Shown: one piece after another, positions 48,141 to 58,143 of the stretch | How positions within the stretch are numbered: position 1 is the stretch's first letter | How the letters are laid out: each line of letters begins with the position of its first letter | Assembly: GCA_050184225.1 (NCBI GenBank) | Contig: JBFXAN010000007.1 | Coordinates: 1,141-65,140, forward strand | Source of the DNA: Dehalococcoidia bacterium | Lineage (GTDB): Bacteria; Chloroflexota; Dehalococcoidia; CAUJGQ01 | Direction of reading: 5' to 3' | Length of the DNA stretch: 64,000 nt | The notes under the pieces: model-generated | The model's input: only the letters and a program-made list of their open reading frames with translations | The model's database searches: none | Told to the model about the DNA's origin: nothing | Made by a program: the position numbers and the translations under genes

Positions 48141-48485
48141 CGTCCGGCTTTTCCACGATGGGCGAGCGCTGGTCAGTCCGCGATTCTGAATACATGGCGG
48201 CGGTGGAGGTCGGTCTTCCCCGCCGATTTTAGCGAAAGAGGAGGTCAGCCTGCAGCAGGGAGAAGAAGTCGACCCCTGAGGGCCATCCGGGATCGTCAGA
48301 CAGGGAGGTCACCGGGGCTCCGGCGCGCTGTGTACTCCCATGCCCCAGCGTAGCCCAGCCCGTTCGGGCCGGCAACTCGGGCACCTCCCGTCCCTCCTCG
48401 CATCAGGCGCACGATTGCGGCGCCCCGCGCCGTGAACTCCCACCGCGTCGTACCTCAGCACATTCAGTACACCGGAGAATGCGGA

Positions 48486-48650
48486 ATGCCATTCATCAAT
48501 CGCGAAGGCACCGTCCAGCAATGCCGCACCTGCAGCGGCAGCGGCCAATGCCAAGCATGCGACGGCGAGGGCCGTGGCTGCACGGCCTGTTTCAAAGGGC
48601 GCTGTGCGCCCTGCGGCGGCAGCGGCGTCGTCGTCGCCCGCCGGTTCTAG
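48486..48650 (+). CDS. small Cys-rich protein (DnaJ-type CxxCxGxG repeats)
   Basis: CRTCSGSGQCQACDGEGRGCTACFKGRCAPCGGSG. Confidence 0.4.
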   Translation: MPFINREGTVQQCRTCSGSGQCQACDGEGRGCTACFKGRCAPCGGSGVVVARRF

Positions 48651-48665
48651 AAGGAAGGAAGCAGC

Positions 48666-49091
48666 ATGGACCTGACGACTACCGATACAAGTGCCACCGT
48701 GGTCCCAGACCACGACACGACCAACACAAACCGGCCCAAGATCATCGGCGTTGCCCAGGAGCTGGTCATCATTCCCTTCACGGAGGAGATCGTCCTCGCT
48801 GCCCAGAGCGTAGAGGAGTCCGACCGGGCCCGGGCGACCGAGGCACTCGCGGGTCAACTGGCGGCGCTCTGGGGATGCGCCGATCATCCGCTCTATCACG
48901 CCGCGGCTGCCGAACTGCGGCGCCTCAAACTCCTCGATGACTTCGAGTTCGGCAAGGTGAAGTCGCGGCGGACGCAATGTCGCACCGTTCCATCGATGCG
49001 GGCCCGGCGCGAGGCAGCCAAGGCGGCTCGCCGGACGGCGCGGTATCAGGCGAGCCAGGCCGCCGTTGGCGACCACGGTGAAAGGACCTAG
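48666..49091 (+). CDS. hypothetical protein
   Basis: 141-aa ORF. No family recognised. Confidence 0.4.
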   Translation: MDLTTTDTSATVVPDHDTTNTNRPKIIGVAQELVIIPFTEEIVLAAQSVEESDRARATEALAGQLAALWGCADHPLYHAAAAELRRLKLLDDFEFGKVKSRRTQCRTVPSMRARREAAKAARRTARYQASQAAVGDHGERT

Positions 49092-49095
49092 CAGA

Positions 49096-49446
49096 ATGCG
49101 CGCATTGATCAGAAGCTCAAGTTTGGACAGGCACGCCCGGCGGGCGGCCCGCGCACACCGCCGTCACCATGATCCCGTCATCCCTCACCGTCCCCAATCG
49201 CTCACCCAGCACGTCCATTGGTGGCGGTTGCCGCCGGATCGGCGTAGTTGCCGGGGCCGGTGCGTGAGCTGCCGGCTCACCAAGCACTTCCCACACGGCA
49301 CCTACCGCTGCCCGAAGTGCCGCCGCGTAACGCTCCAGATCGTCAGCTTCCAGATCGGCTGTGGCCGCTGGCGGCACCGCTGCCCCGGCTGCTTCAGCGC
49401 CGAACTGACCGTCGACGAAGTGGACGACACGCTCGCCGCCGACTGA
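49096..49446 (+). CDS. hypothetical zinc-ribbon protein
   Basis: CPKCRRV...CPGCF pairs. The N-terminus is basic. Confidence 0.35.
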   Translation: MRALIRSSSLDRHARRAARAHRRHHDPVIPHRPQSLTQHVHWWRLPPDRRSCRGRCVSCRLTKHFPHGTYRCPKCRRVTLQIVSFQIGCGRWRHRCPGCFSAELTVDEVDDTLAAD

Positions 49447-49527
49447 CCTACGGCAACCAGCGAAACACCATCACCGCTGCGGAGGCACGGGATTCCGGCC
49501 TCCGCAGCGGCATTTCCGGAGACAGAC

Positions 49528-50994
49528 ATGACCATCGCACCGATCTCCTGGCCGCTGCTTATCGGCACGGCCGCCCTCGTCGTCCTGCTCATGCTCGTCT
49601 GGTACGGCTGGGACCGGCTGCGTGCCTGGCAGCGACGCCGCACAGCACGACGACACATCGCCGCGCTGCTCGCCGCCGGTCTGCCGCCCGACACGGAGCC
49701 GCTCGTCTTGCCCGGCAGCAGCCTAACCGCCACCACCCTGTCGCCGGCGATCTTCTTCATCGCTGTCGGCACCTATGGTCTCAACCGGACACTGGCCAGC
49801 CTGAAGCTGCTGGCCACCGCCGGCCTCGACCCCCTGGTCGGCGTCGTGCTCGCCGTTGAGACCGATACTGTCGTGCGGGCGGCCTTCGCCGCAGCGCTGC
49901 CGGTAGTCTACCGCGATCGGGTCGTCTACGGTGCGGTCGAGGACTACACCGGATTCGCCAACCGCCCGATCGCCCAGAGCCTCGACCAGGCCGACGAATG
50001 GGCAGCGCCGATCGCGCGGGCGACCGAGGAGGCGATCGACCGCTACTTGCGGCGCAGCCTGAGCCAGGCGCCGGCGCTCGTCTGGCTCGACCTCTCGCTC
50101 GGCGGCCAGCTGCCCACCGGCCTCGTCGTCCTCGCCGCGCTGGCCGACCGTTTCGAGCGGGGCACGACCCTGTTTGCCGCGAGCACCGGTCTGCCCCGTC
50201 ATCGGCGCCTGCGCGACCGCTGGCGCGCCGTCAAGCCGCGCTGCGACCGTTACCTGGCCGGCTGGTTGCTGATCGACAACCTCGGTGCCGACCCGACGAC
50301 GAGCGACAGCGCCCTCGCCCTGCTGATCGCCGGCCAACTCGCCGCCGGCCTGACCGAGGAGCGGCCGACGGCGCTGATCAACCTGCTCGCCCTCGCCCTC
50401 AGCGAGCAGCCGGGCGGCGTGCTCATCCTCCAGAGCATCGACCGCACCCTGCCGGCGTTCGCCTTCCAGCCGGACCCGATCCAGCCGCCGATCTACTACG
50501 TCCACCGCCGGCCGCTCGTCGTCCAGGTGCAGCGGACGCTGCGCGCGCTGGATGTGGGCCGGGGTGTCTGGTCGGCCGACCTGCCCGTCGCCGAGGCGGA
50601 CACCTCCCTCTTTGACCTTATCCTTGTGCCCCTCACGCCGGCGGCGCTGCAGGCGGTGCGCGACGACGTCGCCGCCGGCCACGAGGTCCGCCAGGTTCTG
50701 CTCGGCGACGGTGCCGCTACCGCGCTGGCGGCGCTCCCCGTGCGCCAGCCCGATCGCGACCTCGCCTTCGGCAGTCTGCCCGCCGTGATCGACCCGCAGC
50801 GGCCGCTCTGCCGGGTGATTGGGCTGCGCATCACCGCCGTGCGCGACGGCGCGGCGCTGGTCGCCGAGATTGTTAAGCCGCCCGCCCAGCGCCGGTGGCA
50901 CGGGACCCGTATGCCCCGACCGGCGCCCCGCGTGAGCACGCATGGTCACCAGGAAAGGAGGGTGCGCAATGCCCGCACCGATGCGTCTCGATGA
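49528..50994 (+). CDS. membrane-anchored hypothetical protein
   Basis: N-terminal TM helix (ISWPLLIGTAALVVLLMLVWYGW), 488 aa. No family recognised. Confidence 0.5.
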   Translation: MTIAPISWPLLIGTAALVVLLMLVWYGWDRLRAWQRRRTARRHIAALLAAGLPPDTEPLVLPGSSLTATTLSPAIFFIAVGTYGLNRTLASLKLLATAGLDPLVGVVLAVETDTVVRAAFAAALPVVYRDRVVYGAVEDYTGFANRPIAQSLDQADEWAAPIARATEEAIDRYLRRSLSQAPALVWLDLSLGGQLPTGLVVLAALADRFERGTTLFAASTGLPRHRRLRDRWRAVKPRCDRYLAGWLLIDNLGADPTTSDSALALLIAGQLAAGLTEERPTALINLLALALSEQPGGVLILQSIDRTLPAFAFQPDPIQPPIYYVHRRPLVVQVQRTLRALDVGRGVWSADLPVAEADTSLFDLILVPLTPAALQAVRDDVAAGHEVRQVLLGDGAATALAALPVRQPDRDLAFGSLPAVIDPQRPLCRVIGLRITAVRDGAALVAEIVKPPAQRRWHGTRMPRPAPRVSTHGHQERRVRNARTDASR

Positions 50995-51655
50995 GGCTCC
51001 CGTCGTCTCTGAGCAACCTGTGTCGACATCCCACCGACGGCGGCCGCCCCGGATCTGGTTCGTTGGCGGCGCGCTGCTCGTGCTGCTTACCATCCTCACC
51101 GGGCCCTGCGCCGGCGCGGATGAGGCAACAGTGCCCGTCGGTCCCGAGGTGGAGTGGGCCTGCTTTGGCGCGCCGCCGGTCTGTCTGGCGAATGACCCCG
51201 CCCTGCCCTGGCTCAGCTACTACCGCGACCACCGCGTGCTGTTGGGTGAGGTGCTGCGCTGGACCAGCGTTAGCGGCCGCCAGCGCTGTCTCGCCACCAC
51301 CTTCAGCATCATCTGCCCCAACGACGACCCGCGCGCGGCCGGCACGATCTATCGATTCGAGCCGATTGACCTGGGAACACGCCTCCTGCCCCGGGGACTG
51401 GTCCCGACCCCTGGTGTCGCCGTGCCGCCGCTCGTCGCCACCTATCTCGACCAACTGCGCCGCGACCGCCATGACCCGACGTATTGGCTCGGACAGGCGA
51501 TCAGCGAACCGCTATGCGTCAGCATCGGTGGCCAGGCCGATCCGGGCACGTGCGAGGTCTGGTTCACGCGGGCCGTCGTCCGCTACCCCAACCGGCCGGA
51601 TGCGACGGTCGCCGACGTGTCTCGCGGCGACCTCGGCCGGCAGGGGTTGCCGTAG
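50969..51655 (+). CDS. secreted/membrane-anchored hypothetical protein
   Basis: AGGAAAGGAGGG RBS before ATG 50969, with a TM/signal segment IWFVGGALLVLLTILTG. Confidence 0.45.
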   Translation: MPAPMRLDEAPVVSEQPVSTSHRRRPPRIWFVGGALLVLLTILTGPCAGADEATVPVGPEVEWACFGAPPVCLANDPALPWLSYYRDHRVLLGEVLRWTSVSGRQRCLATTFSIICPNDDPRAAGTIYRFEPIDLGTRLLPRGLVPTPGVAVPPLVATYLDQLRRDRHDPTYWLGQAISEPLCVSIGGQADPGTCEVWFTRAVVRYPNRPDATVADVSRGDLGRQGLP

Positions 51656-51667
51656 GAGGGCGCCGCG

Positions 51668-52435
51668 ATGAAATACGTCGTTGTTGGCATCGCCCTCGCC
51701 GTCGCCCTGCTCCTGCTCGTCACGCTCCAGCCGGCGGACGGCGACGGGCCGGGGAGCTCGCCACCGGTTCCACCGGCGTCGCCGGTGCCGGGGAACGACC
51801 CGGTGGTCGACCCGATCCGGGATGCCTACTTCTGGTGCCACCAGACCAATCCCAGCTGCCGGCGGGGAGACCCCTGGTGGATGGTCTTCGCCGAAACGCC
51901 GCTGGCGGGTCGCTGCCGCTACGCCTTCCTGCCGCAGACCTTGGTCACCGACTGCGCGCTGGTCGAAGCGGTGGTCAACACCGCCCTCTGGCCGGTGGGC
52001 CGGACCCTGCTCGAGGAGGCAGCGGCCGGCGGCGTCACGCTGCGGGTGGTGCCCCAGGCGAGCCTGCCGGCGAACGCGATCGCGGTCTACCGGTCCGATG
52101 GGCGGCAGATCCTGATCGGCGACCGCTACCACCGCCTCTCCACCTGGATGGTGAGCGCGATCGTCGTCCACGAGCTCTGGCACGCCCGCCAGCACCGCCA
52201 GGGACAGCTCGATGGGTCGTGCGTCGACGTGGAAACGCCGGCCTATCAGGCGGGGGCGGACTACGTGCGCTGGCTGGCGGCGCGCATGGGCGGCATGCCG
52301 CCGGTCGAGGCGGTGCAACAGCAGCTGTCGGACGACGACGAGCGGATCTTCGACCAGCTCCAGCAGCAGATGGCCATGCCCGACCTCCGCCAGTGGGTGC
52401 GGGGCATCTGTGACCGCCCGTTCGTGATCTGGTAG
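51668..52435 (+). CDS. secreted protein with HExxH motif (putative metallopeptidase)
   Basis: Signal peptide MKYVVVGIALAVALLLLV and VVHELWHARQH. Confidence 0.5.
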   Translation: MKYVVVGIALAVALLLLVTLQPADGDGPGSSPPVPPASPVPGNDPVVDPIRDAYFWCHQTNPSCRRGDPWWMVFAETPLAGRCRYAFLPQTLVTDCALVEAVVNTALWPVGRTLLEEAAAGGVTLRVVPQASLPANAIAVYRSDGRQILIGDRYHRLSTWMVSAIVVHELWHARQHRQGQLDGSCVDVETPAYQAGADYVRWLAARMGGMPPVEAVQQQLSDDDERIFDQLQQQMAMPDLRQWVRGICDRPFVIW

Positions 52436-52505
52436 ATGGCGCGGCGGCCGGGGGGCCAGTAGCCGCCTCGCCGCTCGGACCGCCCGCCCGAACGGAGCGA
52501 CGACG

Positions 52506-52910
52506 ATGACACGACAGAACGACGGCACCGAGCACATCGCCAAAGCACTGGTGGCGATCACGATCCTGGCCATCCGGCTGGGCGTCTGGGTTGGCGGTGG
52601 TCTCATCGGTCGCACGGTACGCGCCTATCAGGACTATGGCGATCGGGCGGGGATGCGCCTGATCAGCCTTCTAGTGGGGATCGCCCTGCTGGCGACGGTG
52701 CTGCTCGGGCTGGGTGGCTGGTCGGCGCTGGCGCTGCTGGTCGGCGTGGGATCGCTGCTGACCTGGATGGCGGTCGCGATCGTACTGGTGGCCGTCTACG
52801 ACTTCCACGAACGCCGGGCGGCGCAAGCACTTGCGCGGCAATCGCTCCAGGACCTGCTCGCCGATGGTTTGACGTGGCCCGAAGAGACTAGCCAACGCAT
52901 GAGAGAATAG
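52506..52910 (+). CDS. integral membrane protein
   Basis: Three or four hydrophobic helices in 134 aa. Confidence 0.45.
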   Translation: MTRQNDGTEHIAKALVAITILAIRLGVWVGGGLIGRTVRAYQDYGDRAGMRLISLLVGIALLATVLLGLGGWSALALLVGVGSLLTWMAVAIVLVAVYDFHERRAAQALARQSLQDLLADGLTWPEETSQRMRE

Positions 52911-52913
52911 GAC

Positions 52914-53822
52914 ATGGTGGGAGAAAAGAACAACAACAACGGGAATACGGCGCGAGGATATGTCCTCAAGCCGATCGATGATGATATCTTTGGCGCGTTT
53001 TTGCGCTATCACTTCCTGACAAGCCCGCTCGTCTGTCAACTCTTCTATGCCTATCCGGGATCACTCACCTGGGCGCAGACGAAGCTGAAGGACCTGACCG
53101 AGGCGGGGTATCTGGAGCGCATTTACCTGCCACGGCGGAGCCGCGCTGGCTCAGCGCCATCGCTGTTCACGCTCGCCCGGCCCGGGATGCAACGCCTCGC
53201 AAGCCTCGGCCATCCGGTGCCGAGTCGTGCGCGACCTCAACGGACGCGCACACATGGATTTCTGCACCTCGCCCACGCCGTGTCGGTCTCTACCCTACTC
53301 GTCAATGCGGAGTTGCTCGCCCGCCAGCATCCAGCGATCACGGTCGCGCGGATGGTGCATGACCTCGACCTGAAACGCCACCCAGTCACCGTGGCGGACC
53401 GCGATGGGACGCACACCACGGTGATCCCCGATGGGTTCCTCGACCTGCACCTGCGCGGTGGGGATGGCCGGCGCTATCAGGCGAGCCTCTGCCTCGAATG
53501 GGATACGGGGTCGGAACACGGACCACGCTACCGGCAGCGCCTGCGGTCGTGGCTGCAGTTCGCCCAGGGACCGTATCAGCAAGCCTTCGCCACGCCGGTG
53601 CTGACGATCGCCGTGGCGACACCGGATGCGACACGCTGCGCGCAATTGGTCGCGTGGACCGAGGCGGAACTCACCGCCCTCGGTGTGGAAGACCACGCGC
53701 ATTTCTTTCTCTTCACGGCCCTCGACCTGGAGACGGCGACGCCGGAAGAGATCTATCTCGCACCGCGCTGGTCTATGCCCTTCAATCGCCAGCCCGTGCC
53801 GCTCGTGGAGGTGCCGGCATGA
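52914..53822 (+). CDS. replication-relaxation family protein
   Basis: FLRYHFLTSPLVCQLFYAYPGSLTWAQTKLKDLTEAGYLERIYLP... with a later IPDGFLDL motif. It is paired with the coupling ATPase. Confidence 0.65.
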   Translation: MVGEKNNNNGNTARGYVLKPIDDDIFGAFLRYHFLTSPLVCQLFYAYPGSLTWAQTKLKDLTEAGYLERIYLPRRSRAGSAPSLFTLARPGMQRLASLGHPVPSRARPQRTRTHGFLHLAHAVSVSTLLVNAELLARQHPAITVARMVHDLDLKRHPVTVADRDGTHTTVIPDGFLDLHLRGGDGRRYQASLCLEWDTGSEHGPRYRQRLRSWLQFAQGPYQQAFATPVLTIAVATPDATRCAQLVAWTEAELTALGVEDHAHFFLFTALDLETATPEEIYLAPRWSMPFNRQPVPLVEVPA

Positions 53823-55282
53823 GATTTGGTCGTTCGCCGCGGCCAGACGGTCTGCGGCTGGGCACGTACACCACCGGCTGGCGCCGGCATCCCCTCAGCA
53901 TCTCCCCAACGCAAGCCCTCACGCATATGCACTGTATCGGCGCAAGTGGCTCCGGGAAGAGTCGTTTCTTAGCTGCTCTCTACCTGAACTTCCTGCATAA
54001 CGGCGTACCAGCAACCATTATCGATCCGCATGGAGATTTAGCACGGCTTATTTTGGCGTATCTGGTTGCTGGTGGTGCCTATAATACCCACACCGCGTTT
54101 GAGCGGGTGCTGTATCTGGACTTCCCTGCGGCGGAACGGGCTGGCCGGTTCTTACCGTTCAATGTGCTCAAGGGCCAGGGCACGCCCCACACGGTCGCCA
54201 CCAACGTCAAAGAGGCGTTCCAGCGGGCGTGGCCCCAGCTCGCCGGCGGCCAGGCGCCGATGTTCGAAGTGCTGGTGCAGGACGGGGTCAAGGTCTTGAT
54301 CTCGAATGACCTGCCCGTCACTGCCCTCTATCGACTGCTGACGGACAAGCACTTCCGCGATGGGCTACTTGCGCGGGAGTCCGACCCGGATATCGTCGCC
54401 TTCTTCCAGGACCAGTATGACCGCTTGTCCGAGCGCGACCGCGCCGACCAGGCCGGGGCAGCGCTGCGCAGGGCACACCTGCTCACCTTCTCGCCGGTAC
54501 TGAAGTACTCGCTCGGTCAGGCGGACAACACGCTCGCCTTCCGCGACCTGCTCGATGCCAACCGCTCGCTGATCGTCAACCTCTCGCTTGGTGATGCCGA
54601 CTCCCGTCGGCTGCTCGGGTGCCTGCTCTCCGTGGGCCTGGAGCAAGCGGCGCTCTCCCGGGCGGACACGCCGCCGGAGACGCGTGGTGGACCGCATATG
54701 CTCATGCTCGATGAGTTTAGTGAGTTCTCCGCGCAATCAGAAGATGCGTTATCACGCATGCTTAGTTTGACAAGGAAATATGGATTGTATGCGGTTATGG
54801 CCCATCAGTCCTGGTCACAGGCGTCAGATCGGCTCAAAGGTGGCCTGCAGAATGTTGGTATTGAAGTGGCGTTTCGCCTAGGTCGGGCCGACGCCGAATA
54901 CTCGGCCACGGTATTGGGTCGGGTGGATCCATTGCGGGTCAAGCACCAGGTCGTCGATGAGCGGGCCGCCGAGCGCGGACATCCCGTGTTCTACACGCTG
55001 CCGGAACAGTGGGAACGCTGGGTGCAGGCCATCCAGGATCTGCGCCCACGAGAGGCGTTCGTCCGCCTGCCGGATGGGGTCGTGCAGCAGTTCACGACGA
55101 TCGCCGTCCCCGACCCGCCCGTCGATGCCGAGCGCCTAGCGGCGGTGGAAGCGCAGTACCTGGAGACCTGCTTCCGGCCACAAGTCGAGATCGAAGCGGA
55201 GCTTGCCGCCTACCGCCGGCCACCGACACCAGCGCCGACCCGGACCAGTCGCATGCGCCCGCTCCCGGATGATACGCCATGA
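53819..55282 (+). CDS. TraD/VirD4-like type IV coupling-protein ATPase
   Basis: Walker A GASGSGKS, Walker B MLMLDEFSEF, and a later AHQSWSQ motif. The ATGA overlaps the upstream gene. Confidence 0.7.
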   Translation: MRFGRSPRPDGLRLGTYTTGWRRHPLSISPTQALTHMHCIGASGSGKSRFLAALYLNFLHNGVPATIIDPHGDLARLILAYLVAGGAYNTHTAFERVLYLDFPAAERAGRFLPFNVLKGQGTPHTVATNVKEAFQRAWPQLAGGQAPMFEVLVQDGVKVLISNDLPVTALYRLLTDKHFRDGLLARESDPDIVAFFQDQYDRLSERDRADQAGAALRRAHLLTFSPVLKYSLGQADNTLAFRDLLDANRSLIVNLSLGDADSRRLLGCLLSVGLEQAALSRADTPPETRGGPHMLMLDEFSEFSAQSEDALSRMLSLTRKYGLYAVMAHQSWSQASDRLKGGLQNVGIEVAFRLGRADAEYSATVLGRVDPLRVKHQVVDERAAERGHPVFYTLPEQWERWVQAIQDLRPREAFVRLPDGVVQQFTTIAVPDPPVDAERLAAVEAQYLETCFRPQVEIEAELAAYRRPPTPAPTRTSRMRPLPDDTP

Positions 55283-55488
55283 CGGCAGCACGAGGCGTGG
55301 TGTCCAGATTTCCCTTGACACACGATGCGCAGATTTGGTTGAACGAGCTATTCATGTCAGGGAAGGAGCGACCGACACCAGTACAAGATCTTGTCCGCAG
55401 TGCCCTTGAGTTACACGCGGAATACACCACCTGGGATGCTTCAGACCTACTGGCGCTAACGAGAATCCGTTCGAACAGGAAGACCTGA
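55279..55488 (+). CDS. small hypothetical protein
   Basis: 69-aa ORF overlapping the upstream stop (ATGA). Confidence 0.35.
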   Translation: MTAARGVVSRFPLTHDAQIWLNELFMSGKERPTPVQDLVRSALELHAEYTTWDASDLLALTRIRSNRKT

Positions 55489-55944
55489 GTAGCATGCTCG
55501 CCAGCGGGAGAGGCTGGTGGGAGCGGGAGAACTGAGTGATGAACGATACGCATGGAACACTTGACGGCGGCATACAGCTGCGGTTGGGAAGTGGAGTGGC
55601 GAGGCCGCCACGGGACCGGCTCGACGATACCGGCGTCGACGACACCGCGATGCTGGTGCTGTTTTACCTGAGCCCCTTACACCGGACCGACCAGCGGCGG
55701 GCGCTGTACCGCGCTCTTCAGATCCTCGACCGCCCGTGACGGTCAGATATTGCTCGGATGTGACAGCTTGCGAAGGACGTACAGAATGAATGACGACGTA
55801 GGTTGGTGCGCCAACAGATGGCGCAGGAAGCCACCGCACGACTGGCGTGCGGCCGCCTTGCGACGGCGCGGCGGCATTGTCAACTCCGGCGAAGTTGCTC
55901 GCTTGGCGCGCCGGCGGCGCGGTCTGAGAGAGTGAGGTTTCGAC

Positions 55945-56394
55945 ATGCGGGTACAGCTTGGACGGCGGCGGCTGACTGACCATGAATTGCGGTCCCTGGT
56001 CGCGTCAGCGCTCTTGCACCTCCACGATCCGGCCTGGCTCTCCATCAATTCACCGCTTGTTGGGCTTGCCGAGGTGCAGCACCGCAGCGCTGGTAGTTCA
56101 AAGCTCTTTGCCGACGGTCATGCTCTGGCCGAACTCTTGCACCACATCGCCGAGGGCATCAGTGCACGGTTAGAAGGGGGCGGCAAACTCGCAACCCTCC
56201 GAGCAATCTATGCCGGTATTTGCGACGGTCGATCAATCGCCGCGATTGCCCGGGAGCAGGGCAAAACACGGGAGCATTTCTCGCGCACGTACTGGCGCCT
56301 CGCTGTTCAGTTGTTGGCGGCCGAGCTCGCCGCGGTGGACGCTCAACGGCGCGTCGCCTACAATGGCGTCAGGGAACGGAAACCGACCACCTAA
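55945..56394 (+). CDS. hypothetical HTH-containing protein
   Basis: GRSIAAIAREQGKTREHFSRTYWRL is an HTH-like segment. Confidence 0.4.
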   Translation: MRVQLGRRRLTDHELRSLVASALLHLHDPAWLSINSPLVGLAEVQHRSAGSSKLFADGHALAELLHHIAEGISARLEGGGKLATLRAIYAGICDGRSIAAIAREQGKTREHFSRTYWRLAVQLLAAELAAVDAQRRVAYNGVRERKPTT

Positions 56395-56455
56395 CTTCCG
56401 GATTTCCAGGCGAACCGGACGGTGGCTGCCAGGTTCCAGGCCGTTACCCTGCTAC

Positions 56456-56530
56456 GCGGGGGTAGCTCAGTGGTAGAGCTCCTGCCTTCCAAGCAGGCTG
56501 TCGCGAGTTCGAATCTCGTCCCCCGCTCCA
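56456..56530 (+). tRNA. tRNA-Gly (anticodon UCC)
   Basis: Acceptor GCGGGGG/CCCCCGC, anticodon stem CCTGC/GCAGG with loop CTTCCAA, T-loop GAGTTCGAATCTC, encoded CCA. Confidence 0.9.
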
Positions 56531-56539
56531 ACCGCCGGC
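56484..56539 (+). repeat. left att repeat of the islet (tRNA-Gly anticodon stem to 9 nt past the 3' end)
   Basis: Identical to 62970-63025. Confidence 0.8.
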
Positions 56540-56639
56540 TCTGAATCTGGGAAGCTCCGATAACTGGACAAAGGCCACCAAAGCGACTGTGCTGCACTGT
56601 CGGTAGAGCCGATAACTGTACAAATTGCTAAGGTGGCCC

Positions 56640-57491
56640 ATGTCGTATAAAGATCCCGCCAGCCTGCTGAAGCGCACCGTCGCCTCTGGCGAATACCAGC
56701 AGCTTGCCCAGTCCTTCCGCCGCTCGCTTCTCGCAGAGAATAAAGCGCCGCGCACCGTCGAGACCTACGCCGAGGCGATCCGGTCGTTCGGTGACTTCCT
56801 CGCGCAGCAGGGGATGCCGACCGTGCCGCGCCACATCAAGCGCGAGCACGTCGAAGCCTACATCGCGGACCTCCTCTCGCGCTGGAAGCCGGCCACCGCG
56901 AGCAACCGCTACCGCGCCCTCCAGCAGTACTTCAAGTGGATGGTCATGGAGGGAGAGATCAAGACCTCGCCCATGCAGAATACGAAGCCGCCGATCATCC
57001 CGGAGACACCGCCGCCCGTCTTCACCGATGATCAGCTCAGACGGCTGCTGCGCGCGTGCGAGGGGCGATACTTCGATGACCGCCGCGACATGGCGATCGT
57101 CCGCCTCTTGCTCGATACGGGGATGCGCCGGTCGGAGTGCGTCAACCTGACGGTGGAGGACGTAGACCTCGATGCCAACGTCGCCAACGTCGTCGGCAAG
57201 GGCCGGCGACCGCGCGCCTGTCCCTTCGGCTACAGGACCGCCCAGGCGATCGACCGCTACCTCCGCAGCCGGGCTGCCCACCGACTTGCGCACCTGCCGG
57301 AGCTGTGGCTGGGCCGGGCCGAGCCGCTCGGTGAGTCCGGGATGCGAGATGCGGTTCGAACCCGCGCGCAGAAGGCTGGTCTGGATGGCGTGCACCTCCA
57401 TCTCTTCCGCCATACCTTCGCCCATACCTGGCTCGCCAGCGGCGGGCCGGAGAACGACCTGATGCGGCTCGCAGGATGGCGCAGCCGGTAG
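56640..57491 (+). pseudogene. tyrosine integrase interrupted by an in-frame TAG before the catalytic Tyr
   Basis: GMRRSE and HLHLFRHTFAH motifs, then AGWRSR-TAG-MVGRYRASAADERA in the same frame (Tyr codon 57504-57506). Confidence 0.75.
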
Positions 57492-57608
57492 ATGGTGGGG
57501 CGGTACAGGGCGAGCGCGGCCGACGAACGGGCGCGAGCGGCGTATATACACAAGCAAGTGTTGGTAGATGGTCGCTCAATCCACCTCAACACCGTACAAT
57601 TGCTGAGC

Positions 57609-58067
57609 ATGCACTGGAACAGAGGAAAAACGGGAGTGGTACTTGTCAACTTGCTCGCGGACTGCGCGGCGAACGGGATCACGTTGAGGCTCACGGAGAG
57701 CGGCTTCGGGGTGGATGGTCCCGGCGATGCGGTCGGGGCGCTGCTCCCGCGTATCCACCGCCACAAGCACGATATCCGGTCGCTGCTCCAGCGGCGGGGG
57801 TGCGAGCAGTGCGGTCAGGTCACAGTCATCGTTACGCCCGATGGGAGCGGATGGTGTGGCGAGCACCGCCTCGCGGCCACGGCACTGTGGCTCGCGGGAG
57901 TGCAGAGCTACCCGGCACTCGACCTTCGGCCGATTGTGCCGTTCGCGCTTCACCAGGGACATCAGGGCTGGCTGGAGTTTGCGCGGGCGGCGAGTGGTGA
58001 GGCGCTGGTCGTCGCCTTGCGGAGCCTGGAATACCAGGAGGAGGAGGTTGCCCAGCACGCGGAGTGA
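57609..58067 (+). CDS. hypothetical protein
   Basis: Same frame as the integrase tail. LLADCAANGITLRLTESGFGVDGPGDAVGALLPRIHRHKHDIRSLL resembles a docking-domain-like helix pair, by impression only. Confidence 0.35.
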   Translation: MHWNRGKTGVVLVNLLADCAANGITLRLTESGFGVDGPGDAVGALLPRIHRHKHDIRSLLQRRGCEQCGQVTVIVTPDGSGWCGEHRLAATALWLAGVQSYPALDLRPIVPFALHQGHQGWLEFARAASGEALVVALRSLEYQEEEVAQHAE

Positions 58068-58143
58068 TGCGTTGTACCTGCATTGTGACAACCGCTCCGT
58101 GGTCATCACTGGCTTTCGATGGAGATCGCATGGCGAGACGGGC

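Noticed and set aside
48309-49076. 255-aa minus-strand ORF.
   Set aside because: It overlaps two plus-strand ORFs that have RBSs and more protein-like sequences, and its own translation is low-complexity.
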